Numbered from the stretch's first letter, positions 53,622 to 61,745 are shown. The stretch is DNA of 64,000 bases from Octopus bimaculoides (GCF_001194135.2 NC_068991.1:43359062-43423061); one strand, 5' to 3'. Made by a program: numbers and translations. Notes: generated by a model from the sequence alone, not told the origin.

Positions 53622-55903
53622 TGTTAATTTCTCATCACTCACTGCCACTCCTTTCAATATGTCTTAACTATTACCAATATCACTCTTTCCCATTCCTGTG
53701 CACCAGATCTATCATCCATCTTTATTGCTATCCATCACACTTTCTTACATTATTCTCCTCTCTCACTTTCTCACTCTGGATCTTTTCTGAGAAAGAATGG
53801 AATGAATGAATGAATGAATGAATGAAACAATGCAGGGAAGAGTGGATTTCTTTAGTCTTGCCAAAGAGGAGAAACTTCTGGTACTAGTGAATGAATGAAT
53901 GGAGACAATACAGAGTAGAGAGGATTCTTTAATCTTGTTGACAGCAAAACCTCTCTAGTGTTGCTGTCATGATAAAATACATTCAGTATACTCTAAACAA
54001 GGTTGGCAATAGGAAGAACAGCCAGCAATAGAAGCCATGTCAAAAAATTGAATGTGCAGGAAAGATCTGTCTAACAGAAAAGTACTCTGAATACTGGCAT
54101 TCCATCAATTACAATGAGGGTTCCAGCTGATCTGATCAATGGAACAGCCTGCTCATGAAATTAATGTGCAAGTGGCTAAGTAACTTTAATGTAATTCTCA
54201 GTGAGATTAAGTGCAACACAGAATGTGTCAAAGCTGGTCCTTTGAAATACAGGTACTACTCATTTTTGCCAGCTGAGTAGACTGGAGGAATATGAAATAA
54301 AGTGTCTTGCTCAAGGACACAACATGCTGCCAGATATTGAACTCACAAACACCTTAACTAAGCTATGTGCCTTAATACCCTGAATAAAAACAACTAAAAC
54401 TCTGAATAAGAAGTAAGTTAAACCGTGACAATCTATGCTAGCATGAAAAAGTACACATATGATGATGATGAATAAATTGTGCATAAATAAAGAATAAATG
54501 ATTTTTTTAGAAAATTAAATTGGTCATTAAATTCAATTTAATAAAGTTTCTAGCATAAGAAAAATAATTTCATAAAATTTTTAACACCTTCTGTCCCTAA
54601 AATGATGGCATTTTAGGAGTGGTGAGTAAGACAATTCCAAATTAGTTATTTATTCAAGTAGTATGAAGTAGAGAAGGCATATATATATATACATACTAGC
54701 AGAAATACCCGGCTTTGCCCGGGTTAAAGAGAATAATGAAATCTAAAAACACCGTCTAGACTACGCAACCCTCAACTGTTAGTAGCTACGATACCATATT
54801 TCTACATTAATAACTCTCCAATCCATGCCAGCATGGAACATAGACATTAAGTGGAATGCCAGTCTCTCATCTAGGAGGGCCTTGAAATCAATGTTACCAA
54901 CTGGGGACTATGTGTGTCGTAGTGATAATAAAAAGACCCAAAGGAGGTCTGCAACGAAATAATTTTACTCAATACTTTGCAAGTGAATCAGTGGAGGCAA
55001 AGATGCGTCTCATTTACTTGACAATTTATGCATCACATTGCAGAAATCACAATGTAAGTATATCTGAAAGGGTAGTCTTACACTCTACTCTCTAAGTGCC
55101 AATAACATATCAGTGTTGAATCAATGTATATGCCCCTTCCCTGTAAAAGTTGACCTTGTGTCTATTTAAAATAAATCAATATTCATATTTCATATGAAAC
55201 AAAAATATTCCCTTCATAAACTTAGTTAATTACAAATAAAAAAGACTATTTTGCAAATAAAAAATTAAATTGATTTTTTTCTTTTTGCAATTTGATTAAA
55301 ATTTTCCTATCATTATATCTTTTCATACTTGTTCATGGTGGATGGGAATATTCCATATTGCTATGTTTAGCTTCAAGGTTCATAGTTGCAGCTTCTTAAA
55401 AAATGTCTGACATGTATAGTAAAAGATGCATGACTTGATATGCTGGAACAGATTCAGTCATAATCTAAATATTTAGTCATCAACCTCTACACTATGAAAG
55501 AAATATGCAGCCATTATTTCATGAAATTCTAAGACACCCAACCATTACTGATAAAAATATATGAATAAATAAAATAAAATCATTCAAGTTGATTTCCAAT
55601 ATTTTTTTTCATGTTAATAATATTGTATGGGACATATCTTAATGTCTCACAGACTCCTTTTGTAACCATATACTTAATTGGATTGGGCAAGGTATGGGAT
55701 AGCAGAAAATAGAAAGATAAAAGCATTTATTGCACATGAGAAATGGAGGGGAGGAAGAGAAAGAAAGAGGAAGAGAGATACATAGGAAGAGAGAGAGAGA
55801 GAGAGAGGCAGAATAAAATTAAGAAAAACTAACCCTTTTCAGGTTCTCTACAAACTAACTGAATGTTAGGTAGTCTCATGATTAAAATTTGTTGAAGGAC
55901 CTC
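1671..55903 (-). CDS. Girdin: Girdin/Daple (CCDC88 family, Hook-related coiled-coil protein), partial spliced model of 12 exons, about 867 aa; open at both ends
   Basis: Exons 55834-55903, 51100-51242, 49344-49463, 43467-43615, 31726-31807, 26198-26269, 22560-22646, 20541-20687, 15876-16011, 13397-14778, 4778-4902, 1671-1760 all have AG/GT ends and matching phases. The joined frame is stop-free and collinear with recalled human CCDC88A/C motifs (LLLGCAVQC, HLxVELAD, AxxYRDExDxLREK, ELKEDN, TLRE|DLVxEK). Single invertebrate co-orthologue of CCDC88A/B/C assumed. Confidence 0.95.
1985..2403 (+). mobile_element. tRNA-derived SINE, family A (full length, internal TA/TG microsatellite)
   Basis: A-box tggctgtgtggt, B-box gggttcattccc, body ccttgggcaagtgtcttctactatagc, tail atgactgaaacaagtaaaagag; repeated many times in the window. 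Confidence 0.88.
2417..2699 (+). mobile_element. tRNA-derived SINE, family B (CORE-like central domain)
   Basis: A/B boxes then gtgtccttgggcaagacacttt...ccactcagc; related copies at 33987, 54118, 6078, 29240. Confidence 0.8.
2936..3247 (+). mobile_element. Family A SINE, 5'-truncated
   Basis: Same body and tail as 1985-2403. Confidence 0.85.
3532..3728 (+). mobile_element. tRNA-derived SINE, family C
   Basis: gcagaatcattagc...ctgagttcaaattc...ctttcatcctttcagggtcgataaaataagtaccag...ggccttgtgcc; flanked by (ATT)n. Confidence 0.85.
4778..4902 (-). CDS. Girdin: Girdin exon (125 nt, phase 0 to 2): [41 protein letters not shown](S)
   Basis: ctttcag acceptor, gtattc donor; matches DLVSEKLKTQQMNNDLEKLTHELEKIGL. 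Confidence 0.95.
6078..6238 (-). mobile_element. Family B SINE 5' half
   Basis: Reverse complement of the CORE-like segment (aagtgttttgctcaagg) plus tRNA head. Confidence 0.7.
6617..6700. repeat. Compound microsatellite (CTA)n(ATA)n
   Basis: Directly visible. Confidence 0.95.
8107..8487 (+). mobile_element. Family A SINE, full length, diverged
   Basis: Head ggcatggctgtgtagtaa through tail atgactgaaacaagtaaa. Confidence 0.85.
8808..9018. mobile_element. piggyBac-type MITE (211 bp), family 1
   Basis: TTAA|ccatctagcattc ... gaatgctaaaggg|TTAA; homologous to 51432-51641. Confidence 0.75.
9925..10082 (-). mobile_element. Family A SINE fragment
   Basis: Reverse complement of the family A middle and 3' region. 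Confidence 0.65.
10226..10410 (+). mobile_element. RTE-type 3' tail fragment (SINE or LINE end)
   Basis: ggtggcac...aaagcaccc...catgctagtatggaacatggacactaaatgatga; same tail as 32217 and 50358. Confidence 0.65.
12230..12460 (-). mobile_element. Highly decayed RTE-like LINE fragment
   Basis: Minus-strand LRWTHLV...LLANSAEG loosely resembles the LRWAGHL...LYGELAEG region. Confidence 0.35.
13397..14778 (-). CDS. Girdin: Girdin large coiled-coil exon (1382 nt, phase 1 to 0): (G)[23 protein letters not shown]...[12 protein letters not shown]
   Basis: Core of the 496-aa ORF 13316-14806; ctttag acceptor at 14779, gtgagt donor at 13396; collinear with recalled CCDC88A SSRLLKLEMENQ...KTLVTLRE. Confidence 0.97.
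15876..16011 (-). CDS. Girdin: Girdin exon (136 nt, phase 0 to 1): [45 protein letters not shown](G)
   Basis: ttttcag acceptor; the donor gtggga is weak but is the one that gives the phase-1 end needed by the next exon. Confidence 0.88.
16271..16356. repeat. Hairpin, 32-bp stem (31 WC), 22-nt loop
   Basis: caaactgaatttaaaagttatattaataccta / taggtattaatataacttttaaattcaatttg. Confidence 0.93.
16713..16909 (-). mobile_element. Family C SINE
   Basis: Reverse complement of the family C consensus. Confidence 0.82.
17726..18892 (+). mobile_element. Decayed mariner (Tc1/mariner DD34D type, irritans/Himar1-like) DNA transposon, 3' end missing
   Basis: TA then TIR-like cagggcgagttgaaaagttt; transposase remnant with [48 protein letters not shown]; many stops and frameshifts; no 3' TIR seen. 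Confidence 0.92.
17903..18892 (+). pseudogene. Mariner transposase pseudogene
   Basis: WVPxxL motif mutated to *VPCLL; 32 residues between the 2nd and 3rd catalytic Asp (canonical 34, implying a small deletion); in-frame stops. Confidence 0.9.
18893..20150 (+). mobile_element. RTE-clade LINE remnant (reverse transcriptase to 3' end), 5'-truncated and degenerate
   Basis: Fragments [57 protein letters not shown] (decayed YADDL), [27 protein letters not shown]. Confidence 0.88.
20541..20687 (-). CDS. Girdin: Girdin exon (147 nt, phase 0 to 0): [49 protein letters not shown]
   Basis: ttttag acceptor, gtcagt donor; matches ELKEDNQVLLETKTMLEDQL. Confidence 0.94.
21127..21191. repeat. (TA)n microsatellite (others at about 15250-15293, 26490-26560, 32941-33001)
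   Basis: Directly visible. Confidence 0.95.
22560..22646 (-). CDS. Girdin: Girdin exon (87 nt, phase 0 to 0): [29 protein letters not shown]
   Basis: ttacag acceptor, gtgagt donor; matches AVRVDKLESEVSRYKERLHDIEFYKARVE. Confidence 0.94.
23130..23480 (-). mobile_element. RTE-like LINE C-terminal remnant
   Basis: Minus-strand [38 protein letters not shown] resembles the RTE GHILR...WVPPGxRKRGRPxxTW...DL region. Confidence 0.6.
24512..24587. repeat. (GA)n microsatellite (others at about 36720, 52940, 55790, 61695)
   Basis: Directly visible. Confidence 0.95.
26198..26269 (-). CDS. Girdin: Girdin exon (72 nt, phase 0 to 0): [24 protein letters not shown]
   Basis: ttttcag acceptor, gtaagt donor; matches ARSARMYRDELDALREK. 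Confidence 0.94.
26727..26808. repeat. Hairpin, perfect 36-bp stem, 10-nt loop
   Basis: ataaataaatggagttaaacgcaggtgttattcaaa / tttgaataacacctgcgtttaactccatttatttat. Confidence 0.95.
27091..27265 (+). mobile_element. Family A SINE 5' part
   Basis: gaagtttgcttcccagc...ggacaagtgtct...gatttggtacacagacaaattcaagg. Confidence 0.7.
27650..28960 (-). mobile_element. Possible very old LINE (CR1/L2/Jockey-like) debris
   Basis: Minus-strand [15 protein letters not shown] near 27770 (cf. KYLGVILDxxLSF) and KAFTKSFFP near 28790; otherwise degenerate. Confidence 0.3.
29240..29570 (-). mobile_element. SINE with family B tRNA/CORE-like head and a different 3' body
   Basis: Minus-strand tggctcagtggttaga...gagttcgaatccc, then gtgttcttgagcaagacacttt; the 3' part differs from the 2417 copy. 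Confidence 0.78.
30724..31360 (-). mobile_element. Family A SINE, full length, low divergence, internal microsatellite spans an N-gap
   Basis: Very close reverse complement of 1985-2403. Confidence 0.9.
30959..31165. other. Assembly gap (others: 6301-6310, 34276-34360, 61571-61691, 62902-63189)
   Basis: N runs, mostly at microsatellites or inside SINEs. Confidence 1.
31726..31807 (-). CDS. Girdin: Girdin exon (82 nt, phase 2 to 0): [27 protein letters not shown]
   Basis: cattag acceptor, gtaagt donor; completes the split Leu codon from the previous exon; matches EEKTEQLLD. Confidence 0.92.
32217..32402 (+). mobile_element. RTE-type 3' tail fragment ending in (GAT)n
   Basis: gtggttagtgttaggaagggcatccagctgtaaa...ccaacccatgcctgcatggaaaatggacattaaacgatgatgatgat. 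Confidence 0.8.
32419..32940. repeat. Long inverted repeat (foldback), arms about 255 nt, 9-nt central loop
   Basis: 32419-32678 is the reverse complement of 32688-32940 at roughly 85% by eye. Confidence 0.92.
33598..33797. repeat. Degenerate minisatellite, about 5 copies, period about 44 nt
   Basis: Recurring ttgctatgaaa...tattgaa core. Confidence 0.75.
33987..34275 (+). mobile_element. tRNA-derived SINE with family B 3' region; near-intact Pol III boxes; runs into an N-gap
   Basis: A-box tggcccagtggttag, B-box ggtttcgattccc; 3' region shared with 2417-2699. Confidence 0.85.
38528..38747. mobile_element. piggyBac-type MITE (220 bp), family 2
   Basis: TTAA|ccctttcgttact ... agtaacgaaaggg|TTAA, perfect 13-bp TIR plus TTAA duplication. 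Confidence 0.85.
40185..40700 (+). mobile_element. Two tandem copies of a SINE joining a family A head to an RTE-type tail
   Basis: Duplicated tataaatgaatgtatcta...ggagttggtgagagcaaggg..tccagccatagaaaat at about 40235-40368 and 40530-40640; family A head at 40375-40500. Confidence 0.72.
41639..41854 (-). mobile_element. Family C SINE, full length
   Basis: Reverse complement of the family C consensus including the agagtagaaaagaat tail. Confidence 0.88.
42255..42515 (-). mobile_element. Degenerate family A SINE
   Basis: ctaagttgc...caaacctacacc...(CA)n...cactcataaggc...gattgaacctgaaacc...cttcttaccac. Confidence 0.65.
43467..43615 (-). CDS. Girdin: Girdin exon (149 nt, phase 0 to 2): [49 protein letters not shown](L)
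   Basis: tttag acceptor, gtaagt donor; HLxVELADxKAKxRRLRQEL conserved motif. Confidence 0.95.
49344..49463 (-). CDS. Girdin: Girdin exon (120 nt, phase 0 to 0): [40 protein letters not shown]
   Basis: ggatag acceptor, gtaagt donor; matches VTH...HLKRLIDERDE of CCDC88A. Confidence 0.9.
50358..50793 (+). mobile_element. GC-rich retroelement 3' end (RTE-type tail) with internal tandem duplications
   Basis: About 2.5 copies of a 42-nt unit (50358-50465), 2 copies of a ~47-nt unit (50545-50640), then an RTE-like tail ending in (GAT)n. Confidence 0.75.
51100..51242 (-). CDS. Girdin: Girdin exon (143 nt, phase 1 to 0), HOOK domain: (D)[47 protein letters not shown]
   Basis: cttcag acceptor, gtaagt donor; hallmark LLLLGCAVQC motif; inside ORF 51091-51330. 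Confidence 0.96.
51432..51641. mobile_element. piggyBac-type MITE (210 bp), family 1
   Basis: TTAA|ccctatagcattc ... actaaagag|TTAA; internal sequence homologous to 8808-9018. Confidence 0.75.
51826..51948. mobile_element. 123-bp foldback MITE-like element (41-bp arms, 41-nt spacer)
   Basis: 39/41 Watson-Crick pairs; a half copy in opposite orientation at about 47000-47065. Confidence 0.8.
54118..54370 (-). mobile_element. Family B SINE
   Basis: Reverse complement of 2417-2699. Confidence 0.8.
54695..54800 (+). mobile_element. Helitron/Helentron-like non-autonomous element terminus
   Basis: ACTAGC start next to an (AT)n run, followed by the short GC hairpin acccgg-ctttgc-ccgggt. Confidence 0.45.
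55834..55903 (-). CDS. Girdin: Girdin exon (70 nt, phase 0 to 1), HOOK domain: [23 protein letters not shown]
   Basis: ttttacag acceptor, gttagt donor; matches recalled Daple EVLQQLIVMNLPNV; not in ORF track. Confidence 0.9.
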
Positions 55904-56591
55904 CTGTAAAAGAAGAAAAAAAATTAACATGGTAAAAAAACATTTAAAAATTGTTAAATTCTCAAAATCAATCACTCAAAAGTAATAACATATTTCTGAA
56001 AACTCAGTCTTAAGTTCATAATGCCTAAAATTTTGAAAGTAAAATTATTTGTAAATTTATTTCTAAAATTATTTGTAAACTCCATAGTTTAAACAGTGGA
56101 CATTTTTCATATTGCCTTTTTGATCCAATTCTGTCAATGTAATGTAGAAAACAATAATTATGTTGTGGCTATTACAAGTGATGATCAAATGACTGATCTA
56201 GAAATAGTTAATTTTGGTTCATATTAAATCAAATGAAAAGTTCTTACTGTGACATGAAGTTACATATTTGTAGAGAAATGACTGAGTTATTGTAATAGTT
56301 ATCCCTTTTCTAAAGTGGTGAGTACTGCAGATTGTTTCAACAAGAAATTGTTCAACAAAAATATCTTGCTACTACATACATTCTCTAACATTACTAAATA
56401 CTAGAAAACATCCAAATTTTTATATGATTAAAACCCAATAACTCTAAGTGAAAAAAATCCACACTAACTGTCGGTTAAATAAATATGGACAACAGCTTTT
56501 GAATACTAAAAAGCAAAAGTGAAAATCCAAAGAAATAAAACTTCCACCTCATAATATAAAGTTGATTCCATCAAAATTGGCTGTATATATC

Positions 56592-56720
56592 ATCATTTAA
56601 CATCCATTTTCCATGCTGGTATGGGTGGGACAGTCTGACAGGAACTGGCAAACCAGAAGACCACACCAAGTACTGCTGTCTGTTTTGATGTAGAGTCTAC
56701 AGCTAGATGCTCTTTTATTC
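56592..56720 (-). mobile_element. RTE-type tail fragment
   Basis: catcatttaacatccattttccatgctggtatgggtgg is the reverse complement of the 32217 tail. Confidence 0.7.
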
Positions 56721-58052
56721 AGTTTACATTTAAGAATTTTCAAATTGCACTCTGGTGTGTGTGTGTGTGTGCACGCGCTCATGTTTGTGTGTTTACTTTT
56801 GTGTTTTTCTTGTTTTTCTTGTCTTTTTCAGGACACTGATTTGATGGATTGTACATCTTCATGAATTTGTAGCATTTGTATTATAGAGATTGATACCCAT
56901 TCGTTTGTAAAGCCACAACGGAAAGGGAAAACAGTTTCTTTTAAAAAGATTGCAAAGCAATGAATTATCAAAAGTGTTAGAGTTCAGGCAAAACCATTGT
57001 CGTCATTATTTTGTCTGCTTTCCATGGGTAGGATGGTTTGAAAGGATCAATGGCTCACAGAACTATGTCCTGCCCTAGTGTCTCAAATGCTTGAGGTATT
57101 TAGTTATGAGCATTATTATTGCTATGGATGAGGGCAAGACTGTGCCAGAAAAAATGCTTAACAGCAATATTTGTTCCAGCTCTTAACATTCTGAGTTCAA
57201 ATCCTGCTAAAAATTTTGCCCTCCATCCTCCCAGGATCAATGGGACAAATACTCTCTCCTCAAAATTGCTGGCCTTGTGCCAAAATTAGAAACCATTATC
57301 AATATTACATAGGAGGTAAATATATGACAGTTGCTTTTTTTTCTGTAAACAGTCCATTAACTATTTTTCATTTGAATATTTGAAAAGTTAAATATATATG
57401 AAACATCAATATTGCAATTTCCTTTTTACACTTCTTCATAAGAAAGTATTAACAATGATTATTTGTAATTTTAAGTTGAAATTCAAGAGAAATAGCAATG
57501 AAAAAATTTAACCCAAAGCAAAACATTTGATTCATAACAGACAGAAGTGCGTAATCAGTTCAGCTAAGGTAATTTCATTGATCTTTTTTAACATATTCAG
57601 TGGCAGTCAAATTTTAAAATGCATATTGAAACAACTTTAAAAGTAATGTTCACACACACGCAAGACATACATAAAATTTTGCCCAAGTTTAAAATCTTAA
57701 AACTGTTAAAAAAAAATTAATTAAGAAGTGGAAGAGAAAGAGGGAAGAGCTAGAGAAAAAGAGAGTGGGGAGAGAGTCAACTAGAATGAAAGGAAAAAAA
57801 ATGACTATAAAAAGAAATTTAATGTTATTCTGTGATATAGATAAGACTTCATTCTATGATAGCATAAAGTTAATTTTATGAAGAATGAACACTGGGTTTT
57901 GGACTGAACAAACTGAATAAATTACATTTTGTTAAAATTTCAAAAATTGCTTCTTTTAAAAACATATGAAGATATATAGAAGAATTCAGATATAATATAT
58001 GACAGAAATGGCATTATGAATAAATATATACATATAACAAAAAATTGCTTAA

Positions 58053-58255
58053 CCCTTTGCCTGTTCAAAACATTTTCATAAGTTTGTCTTAAACACCTAT
58101 GCTTGTTTTATATGTTTTGAGTAATATAAAGCTTTCCTAAGTCCTTAATTACTCTGGTGGTTGAAAAAAATTAGGAATGAGTATTGAATACGATACATGG
58201 ACACCAAGGAAATATGTCTCATGTGTCACATGAGATACACAAGACAAGTAAAGGG
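58053..58255. mobile_element. piggyBac-type MITE (203 bp), family 3
   Basis: TTAA|ccctttgcctgt ... acaagtaaaggg|TTAG; TIR 10/12. Confidence 0.65.
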
Positions 58256-58678
58256 TTAGATAAGTAGTTAACAATTAAAGGAAAAAATTAAGTATAGATA
58301 TTGAAACTTGGGTAAGAAACAAAACGTTTTAGTGAAGTTTTAAAATCTTGAGTCAATTTTACTTTAAATCTACACTGCAAACAGTGTTCCAAAATAAAAC
58401 CATCGTTAATTAAATGAACTACACTCTAAAGTACATAAAAAATATCCTAAGTTTTAATGTTCCAGTTTACTAATGCAGATTTGATCAATCCTTTCTCTCA
58501 CCAATGACAATTGAGATTGGGAGGTGAGATGAAATTTATGAAGCAAATACTATACAGTCATGTAAAAACATCAGATGCTTTACTTCAGTTTAAACATAAG
58601 AAAGAATGTTTTAATTAAACAAAGCTAATACAAGTACGCAAAAATCTGAAGGTCAACAGAAAAAAACAAAACACATAC

Positions 58679-58746
58679 CTCCTTGCATAAGAAGCTCTGT
58701 TGTTAAGCTATCCATCATATCAGTAAAATCCACTATGTTATTTACA
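58679..58746 (-). CDS. Candidate additional or alternative Girdin exon: VNNIVDFTDMMDSLTTELLMQG
   Basis: catag acceptor, strong GAG|gtatgt donor, one open frame. It ends in phase 1, so it cannot join the phase-0 exon at 55903 but could join the exon at 51242. Homology is weak. Confidence 0.25.
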
Positions 58747-58978
58747 CTATGAATATATATATATATATATAAAATGCTTGAGATCAAAATTGTAGGAGCA
58801 AGTAGCTACTACAATTACTGAATATTATCCGCATAATAACTTAAACGAATAGAGTACTAAACATTTCTACTCTAGTTTATTAGACTGTGACCACTTGTCA
58901 TATTATGCACACAATTCTATTTTTAAATATTTAGTGTAATATCAGTTATATTTAGTTTGTCACCACATTGTTATTGTT

Positions 58979-60825
58979 AAGGTAGTGAGCTGGCAGAATT
59001 GTAAGTATGCTGGACAAAATATTTACTGGCATTTCTTCCAGTTTTACATTCTGAGTTCAAATGCCGCCAAGGTCAACTTTGGCTTTCATCCTTTTGAGAT
59101 AGATATAAGTACAGTTGGATACTTGTACTGATGAAATCAACTTACCCCTCCCTTAAAATTGCTGGCCTTGTGCCAAAATTTGAAACCATTATCATTGCAA
59201 TACATTGATACACTTGTGAGAGTATCAGACTTGTATTTCTTCCATCTCTTTACATTATGAGCTCAAATCTCACTGACATCAGCTTTAACTTTCACCCTTC
59301 TGATGTTGATAAAATGAAGTATCAATCAAGTACTGGGGTTGATTTTATCAAGTGCACTCGTTATTGTGGGATGAATTAGAAATTATGAGGGCAATGAAAT
59401 GGCAGAATTGTTAGTGCTGGAAAAAAAAATGCATTGTAGATTTGTGCTGGCACTTAATAGTTTGAGTTCAAATCCTATCAAGGTCAACTTTGCCTTTTAT
59501 TTCTCTGGGAATGATATAATAAAATACCAGCCAAGTAATAGGGTTGATGATATTGACTAAAGCCCTCTCCTCAAAATTTCTGGCCTTGTGCCTAAATTAG
59601 AAACCATTATTATAATTACTATTATTGTAGAATCGTTAGTACACTGTACAAAATGCATAGTGGCATGTTGTCTGTTTTAATGTCCTGAGTTCATATTTCG
59701 CCTAGGTCAACTTTGCTTTTATCCTTTTGGGGCCAATAGAATAATTTCCAGTTGAACACTGGGGTCAATGTAATTGACTTATCCTCTCCTCTGAACTTGC
59801 TGACCTTGTGCCAAAATTTGAAACCAATATTTAGAGTGGCAAGCTGGTAGAATCATTAGCACGCTAGTCATAATGCTTGGCGGCATTTTGCCTGTTTCTA
59901 CATTCTGAGTTCAAATTCCACCAAGGTCAATATAATCAACTTACCCCATCCACGAACTTATTAGCTTTGTGCCAAAATTTGAAAACATTATTATTATTAT
60001 TATTGATAATAATAATAAAATAAAATACTGGTCAAGTAGTGGAATTGATGTTACCAACTGACCTGCCCTTTGCCCTAAAAAAAACTTATGACCGTGTGCT
60101 GAAATTTGAAACATTGTTATTATTATTATTTTTACTTTTATTAATAAGGCAGCAAGCTGGCAGAATCATTAGCATGCTGGGCGAAATGCTTAGTGACATT
60201 TCGTCAGTCTATGTTCAGAGTTCAAATTCCGTTAGGGTCAGCTTTGCCTTTCATCTTTTCGGGGTCAATAAAATAAGTACCAGATGCACACTGGGGTCAA
60301 TATAATTGACTAGTCCCCTCTCCCAGCCTATAGTAGAAAGGATTAGTTATTATTATTAATAACAATAATAAATATATAATAATAATGATCATTTCTATTA
60401 TAGGCACAAGGCCTGAAAATTGGAGGGAGGAGGTAAGTTGATTACATTGACCCCAGTGCTATACTGGTACTTATTTCATCAACACTGGAAGGAAGAAAGG
60501 CAAAGTTGACGTCATCAGAATTTGAACTCAGAACATAAAGATGGGATGAAATACCGCAAAGCATTTTTGCTCTATAAGCAGGATCACAAAAATAACCTCC
60601 AATATGATAATGACGATTAAGGCAGTGAGGTGGCACAATTGTTAGCACGTGGGGCAAAATGCCCTAGCAGCATTTCACCTGTCATTACATTCTGAGTTCA
60701 AATTCACTGAGTTCAAATTCGTCTTTTTGGGGTCTGTAAAATATGTACCAGTTGAGCACTGGGTTCGAAATCAACTTATCCCCTCCCTTGAACTGGCTGT
60801 CTTGTGCCAAAATTTGAAATCATTA
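58979..60825. repeat. Cluster of about 9 family C SINE copies and fragments separated by (ATT)n tails; one copy inverted
   Basis: Copies at about 58979, 59215, 59388, 59625, 59833, 60025, 60147 (+), 60395 (-), 60618 (+). Confidence 0.88.
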
Positions 60826-61694
60826 TTGCTATTATTATATCATTATCATTGGTATTACAGATATTCTATAAAAATGTTAGCTTACACTGATTTTTGTTAC
60901 GTTTCATATCTGAGACATCAGATGTAAACAAACAATGAGATTGAAGGTGAAAAGGGCTAATGGGCATATATGCCACACTTTGGGAGTTTTTTCCCCTTTG
61001 TCATCTATGAACACATTGCTTAAATAGCCACTAAATACAGCAGTATAACATTATTGGATGTACCATTACTGTTATTATAACATGTTTCCTGAAGTAGCCT
61101 CAACATCATTTTTTTTTTAGAATTTTTAGAAATACTGAGCTGAGTGATGTTGAATAATACATGGCTTTCATTTTTAAGTACAAAGCTCTTTTTATTTTTT
61201 TTTAGTAGATTAGGAAAGAGTTAATCATTTAATCCTTAAGCTTGACAAGAACAAACGTTTGAATAATCAATTGCAAATCCTACATCTACTTTGAAATATC
61301 AGAGTCAGAAAAATGAACCAATAGTGCTTTGCAGAAATAAGAAATTATAGTTTGTGTCAATCAATGAGTGGAAACTGAGGAGACTGAACTTCTATGATCA
61401 TGGAGAAACAGTCACTGAGTAATAAATATTTAGTGCACATGAACCAGAAAGGTATATCAATAATTTGGAGGCCACTATTAATTTGAATGTATCCCTAAAC
61501 AATAAGTAATATTATAAAACCAGTCTAGAGAGAGGAGAAGGGAGAGTGGGGAGGAAGGAAAGTGAAAGATNNNNNNNNNNNNNNNNNNNNNNNNNNNNNN
61601 NNNNNNNNNNNNNNNNNNNNNNNNNNNNNNNNNNNNNNNNNNNNNNNNNNNNNNNNNNNNNNNNNNNNNNNNNNNNNNNNNNNNNNNNNNNGGG

Positions 61695-61745
<51 letters not shown>

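Noticed and set aside
56830-56950. Possible missing HOOK-domain exon (QMLQI on the minus strand, TDLMD...EID on the plus strand)
   Set aside because: No consistent splice sites or spacing and an in-frame stop; judged coincidental.
58979-60825. Repeat-spacer-like array resembling CRISPR
   Set aside because: Units are ~200-nt diverged SINE copies with tRNA boxes, also dispersed elsewhere in the window; eukaryotic context, no cas genes, no constant short repeat.
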